Shown: piece after piece, positions 48,882 through 58,262 of the stretch
Numbering within the stretch: the stretch's first letter is position 1
Layout: every line of letters starts with the position of its first letter
Assembly (NCBI GenBank): GCA_963734545.1
Contig: CAVTHO010000005.1
Location: 384,001-448,000, forward strand
Reading direction: 5' to 3'
DNA: 64,000 nucleotides
Source of the DNA: an uncultured Spirochaetota bacterium
GTDB taxonomy: Bacteria; Spirochaetota; Spirochaetia; SZUA-6; Fen-1364
Made by a program: the position numbers and the translations under genes
The notes under the pieces: model-generated
Told to the model about the DNA's origin: nothing
Seen by the model: only the letters and a program-made list of their open reading frames with translations
Databases searched by the model: none

Positions 48882-49547
48882 TCAATCGAATTCGCGGCGC
48901 GGCGCCGCCTGCTTCTCGTCTGTCTGCATCGCCTTTATCAATGCCCGGGCAGCCCTGCGCACGCCGCCGTTACCGCTGTCCGCAAAGCGTTCGCCGATAG
49001 GGGCCAGCTCATCACGGAGACCGGGGTCAGCGGCAACGGCCCTGGCCAGACCCATCAATGCGTGCCCGGCCTGCCTGCCGTTGTAGACGGTGAGTGCGTC
49101 CACCAGGAGGGGGTAGGCGGCCCGGGCGGCCGAACTGTTCGTCCCCGCATAGTTGCCCACCGCGTCCACCGCGTAGTCACGGGCAATCACGCTTCCGTCG
49201 AGGCGGATGATCTCGTCCAGCCGGGGAAGAAGGCAGGCGATGACCCGGGGGTCCCGGGTCGCCACCAGGGCGAGCGCGTGCATCGCTTCCCACCGCACTC
49301 GGGTCGTGGCATGGTTCACCAGAGGAGCGAGGTCGGTTGCGTACCGGGCCGCAAGCTCCGGTTTTTGCCCGGCCACCTCGGTGAGCACCTCGGCGCAGTC
49401 GCCGACAAGCGCCGCGTCCTGCCCTTTGAGGCCTTCGGCAATCTCTTCCAGCAGCGCCGGTTCCTTGAGACAGCGTGCCGCCACCTTGAGATTCGGCCCG
49501 GCCTTCCGGTCACGCACCCGCGACGAGAGCTGATCCAGGACACTCAT
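48882..49547 (-). CDS. HEAT-repeat protein
   Basis: MSVLDQLSS; alpha-solenoid pattern (GDCAEVL, TRVRWEAM.AL, VIARD.AV.A). Confidence 0.7.
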   Translation of the reverse strand: MSVLDQLSSRVRDRKAGPNLKVAARCLKEPALLEEIAEGLKGQDAALVGDCAEVLTEVAGQKPELAARYATDLAPLVNHATTRVRWEAMHALALVATRDPRVIACLLPRLDEIIRLDGSVIARDYAVDAVGNYAGTNSSAARAAYPLLVDALTVYNGRQAGHALMGLARAVAADPGLRDELAPIGERFADSGNGGVRRAARALIKAMQTDEKQAAPRREFD

Positions 49548-49582
49548 TGCGGACGAAGCCGCCCTGTGCTCTTCATGGATCC

Positions 49583-50608
49583 TCAGCGCCAGAAAGCGGG
49601 AAACACGAGGCGCACCACGGTATCCAGGGCAACACCCAGGACGAACAGGTTTCCGAACTTCCTGTTGTGAGCGAACGAAACCGTGGAGAACCAGAGCGGC
49701 CAGATGGGGTAGCCGGGAGGTGCCGCCGCAGGCCGGGGCTTCGAAAGGCGCGTGATGGCCGCCCAGGCTTCGCGTGATGCCACGAACACGATCACGAGGA
49801 TCGGGGTCAGGAAGCGCGGGACCACGATCATGTACACGGTGATTGCATAGGCGAGGACGATGGCAGCCATGTTCAAATAGCGCGCCGCTGTCTCTCCTAT
49901 CCGCACCGGGAGAGTGCCCACGCCCTTCTGCCTGTCTTCGGCAGACTTGTCGATATGCTTGCCCACGTTGATGCTTGCCGTGCTCAGACCGAAGGGAATG
50001 CCGGCAAGCACGACGTTCCAGTTCCACTCCCGCACCAGGACGAGGTACACACCCGCGATCATGATCGGTCCCCAGATGAGGAATATCGTCAGCTCCCCGA
50101 GGGCGATGTACTTCAACGGGTACGTATAGAGGAGCAGCATGACCACGCCGTAAGCGAACAGACCGACCACGATCGGGTCGAACCCCGTGTAGAGGAGCGC
50201 GTAGAACCCCGCGAGCAGCGCCAGCACCCCGCTCACCACGAACCAGCGCATCTGCTGGGGCTTGGTCCAGAAGCCCTGCACGAGGGGGTGCACGCCGTAC
50301 TGGATGCGGTAGTAGTTGTCCTTGTCGATTCCCCGGCTGAAATCAGTATAGTCGTTGAGCAGATTGTTCGCGCCGTGCGCGAGGAAAAGCCCGAGGGTGA
50401 CGATCAGCCACGTCAGCCAGGGGAAGCGGCCGGCCTGCACGGCGAACAAGCCGCCGATGACGCAGGAATATATCGTCACCGTGGCGACACCGGATCGGGT
50501 GGCAATCAGCCACTTCGATACGACGTCGAGCGCGTCCCATTCCTTCTTGTCGTCCATGCGGACGAGCTGCCACGAGGCTCTCCTCCACATGGCGAGATTG
50601 ATGGCCAT
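49583..50608 (-). CDS. UbiA-family (MenA-like) prenyltransferase
   Basis: H...NLLNDY.DF..G.D, Y...PLKY..LGE, D...D...G..TL.VR.G; multiple TM helices. Confidence 0.88.
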   Translation of the reverse strand: MAINLAMWRRASWQLVRMDDKKEWDALDVVSKWLIATRSGVATVTIYSCVIGGLFAVQAGRFPWLTWLIVTLGLFLAHGANNLLNDYTDFSRGIDKDNYYRIQYGVHPLVQGFWTKPQQMRWFVVSGVLALLAGFYALLYTGFDPIVVGLFAYGVVMLLLYTYPLKYIALGELTIFLIWGPIMIAGVYLVLVREWNWNVVLAGIPFGLSTASINVGKHIDKSAEDRQKGVGTLPVRIGETAARYLNMAAIVLAYAITVYMIVVPRFLTPILVIVFVASREAWAAITRLSKPRPAAAPPGYPIWPLWFSTVSFAHNRKFGNLFVLGVALDTVVRLVFPAFWR

Positions 50609-50674
50609 ATCGCATTCCTCCTTCGCGTGTGTCACCTCGAATATAAAACCGGGAACGCGGAAAGAGTAGGCCGT

Positions 50675-51109
50675 TTATTTGACGGCTTTTTCAACCTGGG
50701 CCAGGTGGTGATTCCTGTGGAGCCCCCGGTTCAGCCGGACCGGTGTTCCGTCGCGTTCCACCCGCGCAAGGAACTCCGGCTGCAGGGAGTCTATTGCGTC
50801 GTCTATCGCTGTCGTTGTTTCGACGGCCATACGCGCAATCACAGCCGCGGGCACCGCGTTGCAGAGGGGCCGCATCGATTCATTGAACAGGTCGGTGTCG
50901 ATCAGGGAAGGTCCGATGCCTTCCTTCTTCCATTTGGCAAGCAGCACGAGCGCCCTGTTGTCCCAGAACGCGAGATGGGCCAGCAGGCCGCCGATGGTCC
51001 AGCCGGGTCCGCCGGCGGGCCGGTCGTAGTCCGAGAGGGAGAGACGCGCAATCACCTCCTTCAGATGGTCGCGTTCCGCCGAGTTTGCCTGGGTGTATTG
51101 ATTGGTCAT
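50675..51109 (-). CDS. DinB/maleylpyruvate isomerase N-terminal-like protein
   Basis: GWTI..LLAHL.FWD and C-terminal H..HH..Q metal triad. Confidence 0.8.
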   Translation of the reverse strand: MTNQYTQANSAERDHLKEVIARLSLSDYDRPAGGPGWTIGGLLAHLAFWDNRALVLLAKWKKEGIGPSLIDTDLFNESMRPLCNAVPAAVIARMAVETTTAIDDAIDSLQPEFLARVERDGTPVRLNRGLHRNHHLAQVEKAVK

Positions 51110-51119
51110 GCCGGTTCTC

Positions 51120-52370
51120 CTATTCGGTGACGCTTTTCAGCAGGGCAACGATGTTTTCCGTGGCCACGGTGGCCTGGATGTTGTGAATGTTGTTGAACAC
51201 GAACCCCCCGCCCTTCGAGAATATTTCGATGTTGCGCCGGGCCTCGGCGCTCACCTGCTCCGCCGTGCCGAAGGCCAGAGTGTGCTGCGTATCCACGGCC
51301 CCTCCCCAGAACACGAACGTGTCCCCGTACGTGCCCTTGAGCATCTCCGGTGACATGCCCGCGGCGGAGATCTGGACAGGGTTGAGGATATCGATTCCCG
51401 CTTCCGCAAAATCGTCGAGGTAGGCCACGATCGAGCCGCACGAGTGATAGAAGGTTTTCCAGCCGGTGTTCCTGTGCACCCAGTCGTTCATGGCCTTGTG
51501 CAGCGGTTTGAAAATCTCCCGGTAGGCATCCGGGGAGATGAACGGGCCGTTCTGGGAGCCGAAATCAGTGCCGCTCATCACCACGACGTCGATCCTGTCT
51601 CCCACCGCCTGGCGGTACATCGCCAGGTTCTTCATCTGCAGCTCGAACTGATGGTGAAAGATCGCCTTGATGTATTCCTTGCGGGTGAGGGTCGAGACGT
51701 ACCATTCCTCGGGGTCACGGATTCCCTTGGGATGCAGGACAGCGGGGCCGGGCACGTTGGCGATGTCTCCAAATCCCGCGCCCCAGAAGTTGCCCACGAT
51801 CCCGTACTCCGAGCCCTCGTGCCACGCCCGGGTGGTGTCCTCGATGAAACGCAGCTCCTCCTCGGTATACAGGGAATAGGTCTCGGCAACCCACTCTTCA
51901 GGATCGAGCTTCGCCTCGTCGATAGGCTCCTGCCGGACGATGACGTCGAAATAGTACCCGTCTTTCGGCAGCCTGCCCGATGGGGGAGCGGATCGATCGC
52001 CCTTGGGGTACTGGACGATGTCCCCATTGGGGAGCACGTCGTACTCGAGGTGGCCGGAGATCTCCACTTCGGTGCCATCGAACATCCGGAACGGCTTCCA
52101 GTTTTCGTTCTTGTACCCGAACATCGTTGTGGGGAGCTGGATGCCCACCGTATCGATGCCGAGAGCCGTTTTTACGGACTCTTCCACCTCGGCCAGCATC
52201 TGGAACGGGTCGTAGACCCGGATTGCGCCGCCTGCAATGCCCAGCGCCTTCTTCAGCTTCGCATAGGCGCCGGCCTGGATCCCGGTGACCAGGGTGCTGC
52301 CCAGGTCCAGCGGCGGCCGGTCCGGCTGCTGGTGGTGAATTGCCTTGCGGAGTCTCTCTCGCGATGTCAT
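51120..52370 (-). CDS. Uroporphyrinogen decarboxylase/MtaA-CmuA superfamily protein
   Basis: MTSRER...A..H..PDR.P.D, DFG.Q....ISP, HSCG, LNPVQ, FWGG..DTQ, GGFVFN..HNIQ. Confidence 0.9.
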   Translation of the reverse strand: MTSRERLRKAIHHQQPDRPPLDLGSTLVTGIQAGAYAKLKKALGIAGGAIRVYDPFQMLAEVEESVKTALGIDTVGIQLPTTMFGYKNENWKPFRMFDGTEVEISGHLEYDVLPNGDIVQYPKGDRSAPPSGRLPKDGYYFDVIVRQEPIDEAKLDPEEWVAETYSLYTEEELRFIEDTTRAWHEGSEYGIVGNFWGAGFGDIANVPGPAVLHPKGIRDPEEWYVSTLTRKEYIKAIFHHQFELQMKNLAMYRQAVGDRIDVVVMSGTDFGSQNGPFISPDAYREIFKPLHKAMNDWVHRNTGWKTFYHSCGSIVAYLDDFAEAGIDILNPVQISAAGMSPEMLKGTYGDTFVFWGGAVDTQHTLAFGTAEQVSAEARRNIEIFSKGGGFVFNNIHNIQATVATENIVALLKSVTE

Positions 52371-52514
52371 GTGTGTCCCCGCAGCCATGATAGAGCAGGA
52401 CCGTGCCCTCCACAAGTGAAGGGCGCCGTTAAGTTGGTGAGAACAGCAGCCCTTGATCGAAGTGATATGATAGAGGTGTCCCGAATACAGAGTACCCGGT
52501 CTGAGGAGCATCAC

Positions 52515-53231
52515 GTGGAGAAATCGCACGCGCCTGAGAAAAGGCTCTTCTGGGCAGTCGCATCACTTGCGCTGCTCACAATCGCGTGTCCCAATCCCGG
52601 AACCCCCGGTCCTGCCACCTGCAAGGTCACCTACAATGCAAACGGCGGCAGTGGGAGCGTCCCCGCAGACCCCCATACTTACCTGCAGGGAGCAGCGGTC
52701 GCTGTGCTTGGCAACACGGGCAACATGACAAAAACCGGAAACCCCCTCAACTACTCTTTCGCAGGCTGGAACACGAAGGCCGATGGGAGCGGCGCTACCT
52801 ATGCTGAGGGTGCCACCCTCTCGTTGGGCAGCGCAGATGTCACGTTGTACGTTGTGTGGATTGTCGACGAGCTCGCCTTCGCGAGCTCCGGAACGGGCAT
52901 CGTGATTACTGGAAACAATGCATCGTATTTTCACTCCCTTGCGATTCCAGGCGGAGTCACCGGCATCGGGGACAACGCATTTCTCGGCTGCACATTCCTC
53001 GATCCCATCAACATCCCCTCCAGCGTCACCCGCATCGGCCAGAATGCATTCAAAGGCTGTGCGAGTCTTCACAGCGTCTACGTGAGCTCGACGACGCCCC
53101 CGGTTCTGGCTGCGGGCTCACATGCCTTTGACGGCTGCGCGGCGGGGTTCCAGATCCTCGTCCCTGCAGGCTGTCCGGCCGCGTATCAGGCTGCGCCCGG
53201 CTGGAGCGACTACAAAACCATAGTCCATTAG
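52515..53231 (+). CDS. Lipoprotein with InlB B-repeat and BspA-type leucine-rich repeats
   Basis: GTG with a GAGGAG RBS; lipobox LTIAC; VTYNANGG...F.GWNT.ADG.G...VTLY..W; IP..VT.IG..AF.GC repeats. Confidence 0.85.
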   Translation: MEKSHAPEKRLFWAVASLALLTIACPNPGTPGPATCKVTYNANGGSGSVPADPHTYLQGAAVAVLGNTGNMTKTGNPLNYSFAGWNTKADGSGATYAEGATLSLGSADVTLYVVWIVDELAFASSGTGIVITGNNASYFHSLAIPGGVTGIGDNAFLGCTFLDPINIPSSVTRIGQNAFKGCASLHSVYVSSTTPPVLAAGSHAFDGCAAGFQILVPAGCPAAYQAAPGWSDYKTIVH

Positions 53232-53236
53232 CCCGT

Positions 53237-53968
53237 TCAGAACCGCTGGATGACGCCCGATCCAGATGACTTGATCGTGGCCTTTGCCCCGCCCCCGTAC
53301 GCCACCCGGCCGGATCCGGAGACGATGATGGAAATGGTCCTCTTCGCATTGATCACCGCTTCTCCCGAGCCATTCACGGTCACCTCAGCAGCCCCGCTCG
53401 CAAGATCGCGTCCCTGCATGCTGCCGGAGCCACTGATCGTGACGGAAAGCTGATCGGCCTTTCCCTCCACGGTGATGCCGCCTGACCCGCTTATCGTGAC
53501 GTCGAGCCGGCCGGCGTCCAGCTCTGAGTAGATGCCGCCCGAGCCGGAGATTTCCAGGGTGAGGGCGTCAGAGCGAACGAGAGTTGTTGCGTGCAGATTG
53601 CCCGAGCCGGAGATCTTCACCGCGGTGAGCTCCACGGCGCTTATGAGAAACTCGAGCTGGGAGACGTGCACGGGCTTCACGCCTTCCTTGACTCCGAGGT
53701 AGAGAACGCCTGCGCGCACTTCGGTCTTCACGAGCGGAAGGAGATTGTCGTCTGTTTCCACAGACAGCCCCTGCGTGTTTCCCTGGCTCAGCGTGACATT
53801 GCCGAACCCCTCTATGACGATGGCGGTAAATGCGGCGACGGTTCGACTTTCCGTCCGAACGATTCCCGAGCCGCTGATCGCGCGTTCCCGGGCTCCCAGG
53901 GCAAAGCCGCTTGCCGCTGCCAGGAGCAGCGCCCCGCAAAGAACTGCCGCGCGAGCGAAACGACTCAC
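53237..53968 (-). CDS. DUF2807 (head GIN domain) protein
   Basis: GSG....E.R....F..I, V.TDDNL, repeated ISGSG; spirochaete-like signal FALGARE. Confidence 0.9.
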   Translation of the reverse strand: MSRFARAAVLCGALLLAAASGFALGARERAISGSGIVRTESRTVAAFTAIVIEGFGNVTLSQGNTQGLSVETDDNLLPLVKTEVRAGVLYLGVKEGVKPVHVSQLEFLISAVELTAVKISGSGNLHATTLVRSDALTLEISGSGGIYSELDAGRLDVTISGSGGITVEGKADQLSVTISGSGSMQGRDLASGAAEVTVNGSGEAVINAKRTISIIVSGSGRVAYGGGAKATIKSSGSGVIQRF

Positions 53969-53990
53969 TTCAACCCTCCGATGGCCGTCT

Positions 53991-55100
53991 TCAGGCGATG
54001 TACTGCGTCCGGGACAGCTTCCCGTGCGCGATCTTCAGCTTCCTGTCGATGTCGATCCGGTAGGGACACACCGCGGAGAGGGCGCTGTAGTCCTTTGACG
54101 GGTCCACTCTTGTGTCCAGCGCCTGGTACTCCGCGCGCGCGAGGTCCGCCTGCTGGAACCACTGCCGGAGCCTCTCCCGCAGCGCATACCGCGCCGCATC
54201 GGTCACGCGCATGTCGTCCATCTGCCGGTCGAAAAGCCCTTCCAGGAGAAAGACCTTCTGCGGATCGAAATCAGCGCCGCGGCATTTGTCGCACAGCCGG
54301 CAGACATAGTCACCCAGCTCAGGTGCCGACCTGTAAAGCTCGTCCTTCTCCGCATTCGTCATCGGCGTGAATCGTGAGACGATCTCCAGGTCCGTCGCGA
54401 GCATCTCGGCAGAGTTGATTCCCGCCACTACCGTGGCAACCGGCAGGCCGAGGGCGTACCGCAGCGCGGCAGCCGGCGAGCGGTAGAGATATCCATCGCC
54501 CAGCGCCTTCATGGCGATGACGCCGACCCCGCGCTCCGCGCACAGGGGCAGAAGCTCTCCCTCGATTCCGGGGTAATTGAACCGGTCGTAGTAGTTGAAC
54601 CCGGTCATGAGCACGTCGAACCTGTGCCGGCGCACGGCCTCCTGCATGGCGTCGGGTCTGCCGTGGCCGCTGATGGCGACGAACCGGATCTTGCCCGCCT
54701 TGCGCGCTTCCAAGGCCCCTTCCATGGAACCCCCCGGACCGAGGATCGCGTCCACCTCCGCCTTTTTCTGGACGGCATGCATGAACATGACATCCACGTG
54801 ATCGGTCTTCAGGTTGCGCAGGCTCGTATCGAGCTGCGCGAGAAACCCCGCGCGCGTCCGCTCCGTGGATTTCGTCGCAAGAACGTATTCGTCGCGGCGA
54901 TGGCTGACGCCCCGGCCGATTTTCGTCTCCGAGATGCCGTCCCCATAGCCCGCGGCGGTCTCGATGTAGCTGCCGCCCTGGTCCAGGTAGGCGCCCAGCA
55001 GGCGCGCTGCCTCGGCTGTGATGATCTCCACCAGGTGGAAGCCTCCGAAGCCCAGAATCGAGACCTCGAGACCCGTCTGTCCGAGCGCGCGCTTCTGCAT
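53991..55100 (-). CDS. Aldo/keto reductase with C-terminal Fe-S-type Cys motif
   Basis: M.KR.LG.TGL.VS.LGFGG, ETA..YG, SL..L.TD..D, GKIRF..ISGH; CRLCDKC...CP. Confidence 0.9.
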   Translation of the reverse strand: MQKRALGQTGLEVSILGFGGFHLVEIITAEAARLLGAYLDQGGSYIETAAGYGDGISETKIGRGVSHRRDEYVLATKSTERTRAGFLAQLDTSLRNLKTDHVDVMFMHAVQKKAEVDAILGPGGSMEGALEARKAGKIRFVAISGHGRPDAMQEAVRRHRFDVLMTGFNYYDRFNYPGIEGELLPLCAERGVGVIAMKALGDGYLYRSPAAALRYALGLPVATVVAGINSAEMLATDLEIVSRFTPMTNAEKDELYRSAPELGDYVCRLCDKCRGADFDPQKVFLLEGLFDRQMDDMRVTDAARYALRERLRQWFQQADLARAEYQALDTRVDPSKDYSALSAVCPYRIDIDRKLKIAHGKLSRTQYIA

Positions 55101-55101
55101 G

Positions 55102-56880
55102 TCACCCTCCCTGCACGGCAGCTTCGGGGAGCTGCTCGTCACTCTCCAGGCCCTGCTGCTTCCACAGCGTGTAGTAAAGGCCCTGCGTGCGGAGAAGCTC
55201 CAGGTGAGAGCCCTGCTCGACGACCCTGCCCTTTGCGAGCACCACGATCCTGTCCGCGCTGGCCACCGTGGAAAGCCGGTGTGCGATGAGGAGCGTGACA
55301 AAGCTCGGCCTCGTGGCGATGATCCCGTCAATGGTCCGGGTGATCTCCTTTTCGGTTTCCGTATCCAGGGAGCTCGTGGCCTCGTCGAAGATCAGCAGGT
55401 GGGGCTTGCGGAGCAGCGCCCGCGCAATTGCCAGGCGCTGTCTCTCCCCTCCGGAGAGCTTCAACCCCCCTTCCCCGATCCGGGTGTCCAGGCCGTCGCG
55501 TGTGCGCTCCAGGAGTCCCCGGAGCTGGGCCGCCTCCAGGCTCGCCATGCACTCCTCGTCCGTGGCCTCCTGCCGCACGAACCTCAGGTTGTCCCGTATG
55601 GTGCCGGCAAAAAGCTCGATTGCCTGCGGAACGAACCCCACGTGGGTACGCAGGAGGTCGTAGTTCACGTCACGGGAATCGACGCCGTTGAAAAGGATCC
55701 TGCCGGCGTTCGGCTGGTACAGTCCGAGGAGAAGCTTGATGAGTGTGCTCTTTCCCGCGCCCGAGGGCCCGACAAAGGCGACGCTCTCTCCCGACCGGGC
55801 GGCGAAGGACACGTCCGAAAGGGCGTATTCGCGCGCGCCGGGGTGGCGGTAGGTGACGCCGGAGAACTCCAGTGACTCGACGCCGTCGGGAACCGCTCCG
55901 CCGGGATTGGAGGGGGCGGGCTCCTGGGCGAGGATGCGCGCCACGTTCTCCAGGCTGGCGCGCGTTTCCTGGTACTTGGTGATCACGGCCCCGATTTCCC
56001 CCAGCGGAGAGAAGATGGCAAACGAGTAGAAAAGAAGGCTGAAGAACTCTCCCAGCGTCACGAGCCTGAAGTACACGAGTACCAGCATCTGGAGCAGGAA
56101 CAGGGCCCGGAAGAAGTTGATTGCGGTACCCTGGAAGAACATCAGCACGCGTACCGTCTTCACCTTGGCCAGCTCGAGGTCGAGGATCTTCTGGTTGGTG
56201 GCGTTCAGCCTGTCGATCTCCTGGGTTTCCAGCCCGAGGCTCTTGATGAGCTCGATGTTGCGAAGGCTTTCCGTTGTGGATCCGGCAAGGGCGTTCGTTT
56301 CCCCGAATATCTTTCCCTGCACCTGCTTGATCCTCCGCCCCAGCGAGGAAACGAGAACGGTCAGGATGGGGGCCAGGATGAGGAGCGCCACGCCGATGCT
56401 CCAATGCACGGAGAACGAATACCCCAGCACGAGCAGGAGGGTCAGCGAGGAAATGAAAACGGTGTTGATGGACTGCCCGATCATGTCCCTGCTGTCCGTG
56501 CGCGCTTTCTGCAGTTGCTGCAGCACGGCGCCGCTCTGCTGGTCCTCGAATGCGCGGAAAGGAAGGCGCAGGGAATGCGCGATGCCGTCCGCGTACATGC
56601 TGGCGCCCACGGACTGGGAAACGACATTCACGTAGTAGTCCTGGAAATTCTTGGCAAGCCTGCTCACCATCGCCACGCCGACGAACGCGAGAATCAGCAC
56701 GCCCACCCCGGATATGAACTCCGCCCGGGGGATGGTGGCGATATGCGATGCATACTTGTCCACGATGATCCGGAAAATCTGCGGGTCAAGGAGGGAAAAC
56801 ACCTGGTTGATGACCGCGAGGATGATGGCAAGGACAACCATCCCCTTGTGCGGCCTGAGGTACGAAAGGAGTAACTTCAT
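55102..56880 (-). CDS. ABC exporter, fused permease/ATPase (MsbA-like half transporter)
   Basis: Six-TM domain plus GPSGAGKST, LSGGERQR.AIARA, DEATSSLD, IAHRLST. Confidence 0.93.
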   Translation of the reverse strand: MKLLLSYLRPHKGMVVLAIILAVINQVFSLLDPQIFRIIVDKYASHIATIPRAEFISGVGVLILAFVGVAMVSRLAKNFQDYYVNVVSQSVGASMYADGIAHSLRLPFRAFEDQQSGAVLQQLQKARTDSRDMIGQSINTVFISSLTLLLVLGYSFSVHWSIGVALLILAPILTVLVSSLGRRIKQVQGKIFGETNALAGSTTESLRNIELIKSLGLETQEIDRLNATNQKILDLELAKVKTVRVLMFFQGTAINFFRALFLLQMLVLVYFRLVTLGEFFSLLFYSFAIFSPLGEIGAVITKYQETRASLENVARILAQEPAPSNPGGAVPDGVESLEFSGVTYRHPGAREYALSDVSFAARSGESVAFVGPSGAGKSTLIKLLLGLYQPNAGRILFNGVDSRDVNYDLLRTHVGFVPQAIELFAGTIRDNLRFVRQEATDEECMASLEAAQLRGLLERTRDGLDTRIGEGGLKLSGGERQRLAIARALLRKPHLLIFDEATSSLDTETEKEITRTIDGIIATRPSFVTLLIAHRLSTVASADRIVVLAKGRVVEQGSHLELLRTQGLYYTLWKQQGLESDEQLPEAAVQGG

Positions 56881-56996
56881 ACGCAAAGATACCACCCGGC
56901 GGTGCGGGGGGACAGCTATGCCGGCCTTGGACGGCGAGCCGGCCCTGACCGGTCGGCCAGGTGACAGCAGTGGATGTCCCGGCGCAGCGGTCCGGC

Positions 56997-58262
56997 CTAC
57001 CGGGCGATTGCCACCACCTCTCCGTCGTTCAGGAAGCTCTGGCCCTCGGTGACAACGAGCGTCCCCTTCTCCAGCCCGGTCGCAATCTCCGTGACCGACT
57101 CGTCGCTGATTCCCGTGCGGACCGCGGTCTTTTTCACCACGGTACCCGCGTCCGACTGGACAACCGCGTAGACATAGTCGACGCCCGTTTCCGTCACTAC
57201 CGCGCTGTTCGGCACGACGACCACGTTCTCCCGGTTTTCCACGGGAAAGCTCACGCGCGCGAACATGCCGGGCCGGAGGGCGGCGCCCGGATCCACGATC
57301 CTCACCTTCACCAGATAGCCCTGCGTGCGGGGATCCGCGGCCGGGCTGACCGTATCGACGATGCCCCGCATGCTTTCGCTGCCTGCCGCATCGATGCTGA
57401 TCGGCACTGTCTGGCCCTTGTGGATTTTCTCCACCATGCTTTCCTCCACGCTCGTCTCCGCCGTCACGCTGCTCATGTCGATGACCACGAATGCGGGGAC
57501 CGCGCTGGAGACCAGCTCGCCGGGGTCCACGTTCCGCGCGGCCACGACTCCGGTGAGGGGGGAGGTGACGATCGTGTTTCGAAGCTGGGACTCGGCAAGG
57601 TCCGCCGTTGCCCGGGCCTGGTCCACCTGGGTGGAGGCGAGGCCCGTGGATTGCGGCCCTCCCTTGTCCTGGATGAGGCTGAGGCTCTGCCGGGCCGTGT
57701 CCAGCGCGATTCCCGCGCTCTCCAGCTTTGCCTTCGTGCTGTCGAGCTGCTGCCGCGAGACGGTGCCGTCGGCAAACAGCTTCTCCGTTCTCTCGTAGAT
57801 GTCTTTCGTGTCATCGTACTGCACCTGCGCCTGTTTCACCGCGGCCTGGGCCTGGATGACCTGGGAGGAGAGGCCGGAGTCGCTGGTACGGGTGAGGTTG
57901 GCCTTCGCGCTTTCGAGGGCCGCCCGCGCCTGCCGCACCTGGGCCTCATTGTCGTTCGACTCGAGCGTGAAAAGGACCTCCCCCCGGCGCACCCGCTGGC
58001 TTACATCCGCCTTCACGGATGCCACACGGCCCGCGATCTTGGGGGACACGATGATCTCCTGGCGCGGGCGGATGCGCGCGGGATATTCCAGCGAGATGGC
58101 GATGGTGGAGCGCGTCGCGGCGGCCACGGTGACGCTTTTCACGCTCTGCGGCGCGGCCTGCTTGGACGGGCCGCAGCCTGCCGCTGCCAGGGCGGCGAGG
58201 GCGGCGAGCACGAGCCCTGCGCGGTATCGATTTCTGCCCGAGCGAGTCGAGGGTGATGTCAT
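56997..58262 (-). CDS. RND efflux membrane fusion protein (lipoprotein)
   Basis: LAAAGC lipobox, SPKI.GRV....V..G..LF, coiled coil, I.SP..G.V, LRPGMF; ATG 58262 overlapping the RND stop. Confidence 0.92.
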   Translation of the reverse strand: MTSPSTRSGRNRYRAGLVLAALAALAAAGCGPSKQAAPQSVKSVTVAAATRSTIAISLEYPARIRPRQEIIVSPKIAGRVASVKADVSQRVRRGEVLFTLESNDNEAQVRQARAALESAKANLTRTSDSGLSSQVIQAQAAVKQAQVQYDDTKDIYERTEKLFADGTVSRQQLDSTKAKLESAGIALDTARQSLSLIQDKGGPQSTGLASTQVDQARATADLAESQLRNTIVTSPLTGVVAARNVDPGELVSSAVPAFVVIDMSSVTAETSVEESMVEKIHKGQTVPISIDAAGSESMRGIVDTVSPAADPRTQGYLVKVRIVDPGAALRPGMFARVSFPVENRENVVVVPNSAVVTETGVDYVYAVVQSDAGTVVKKTAVRTGISDESVTEIATGLEKGTLVVTEGQSFLNDGEVVAIAR

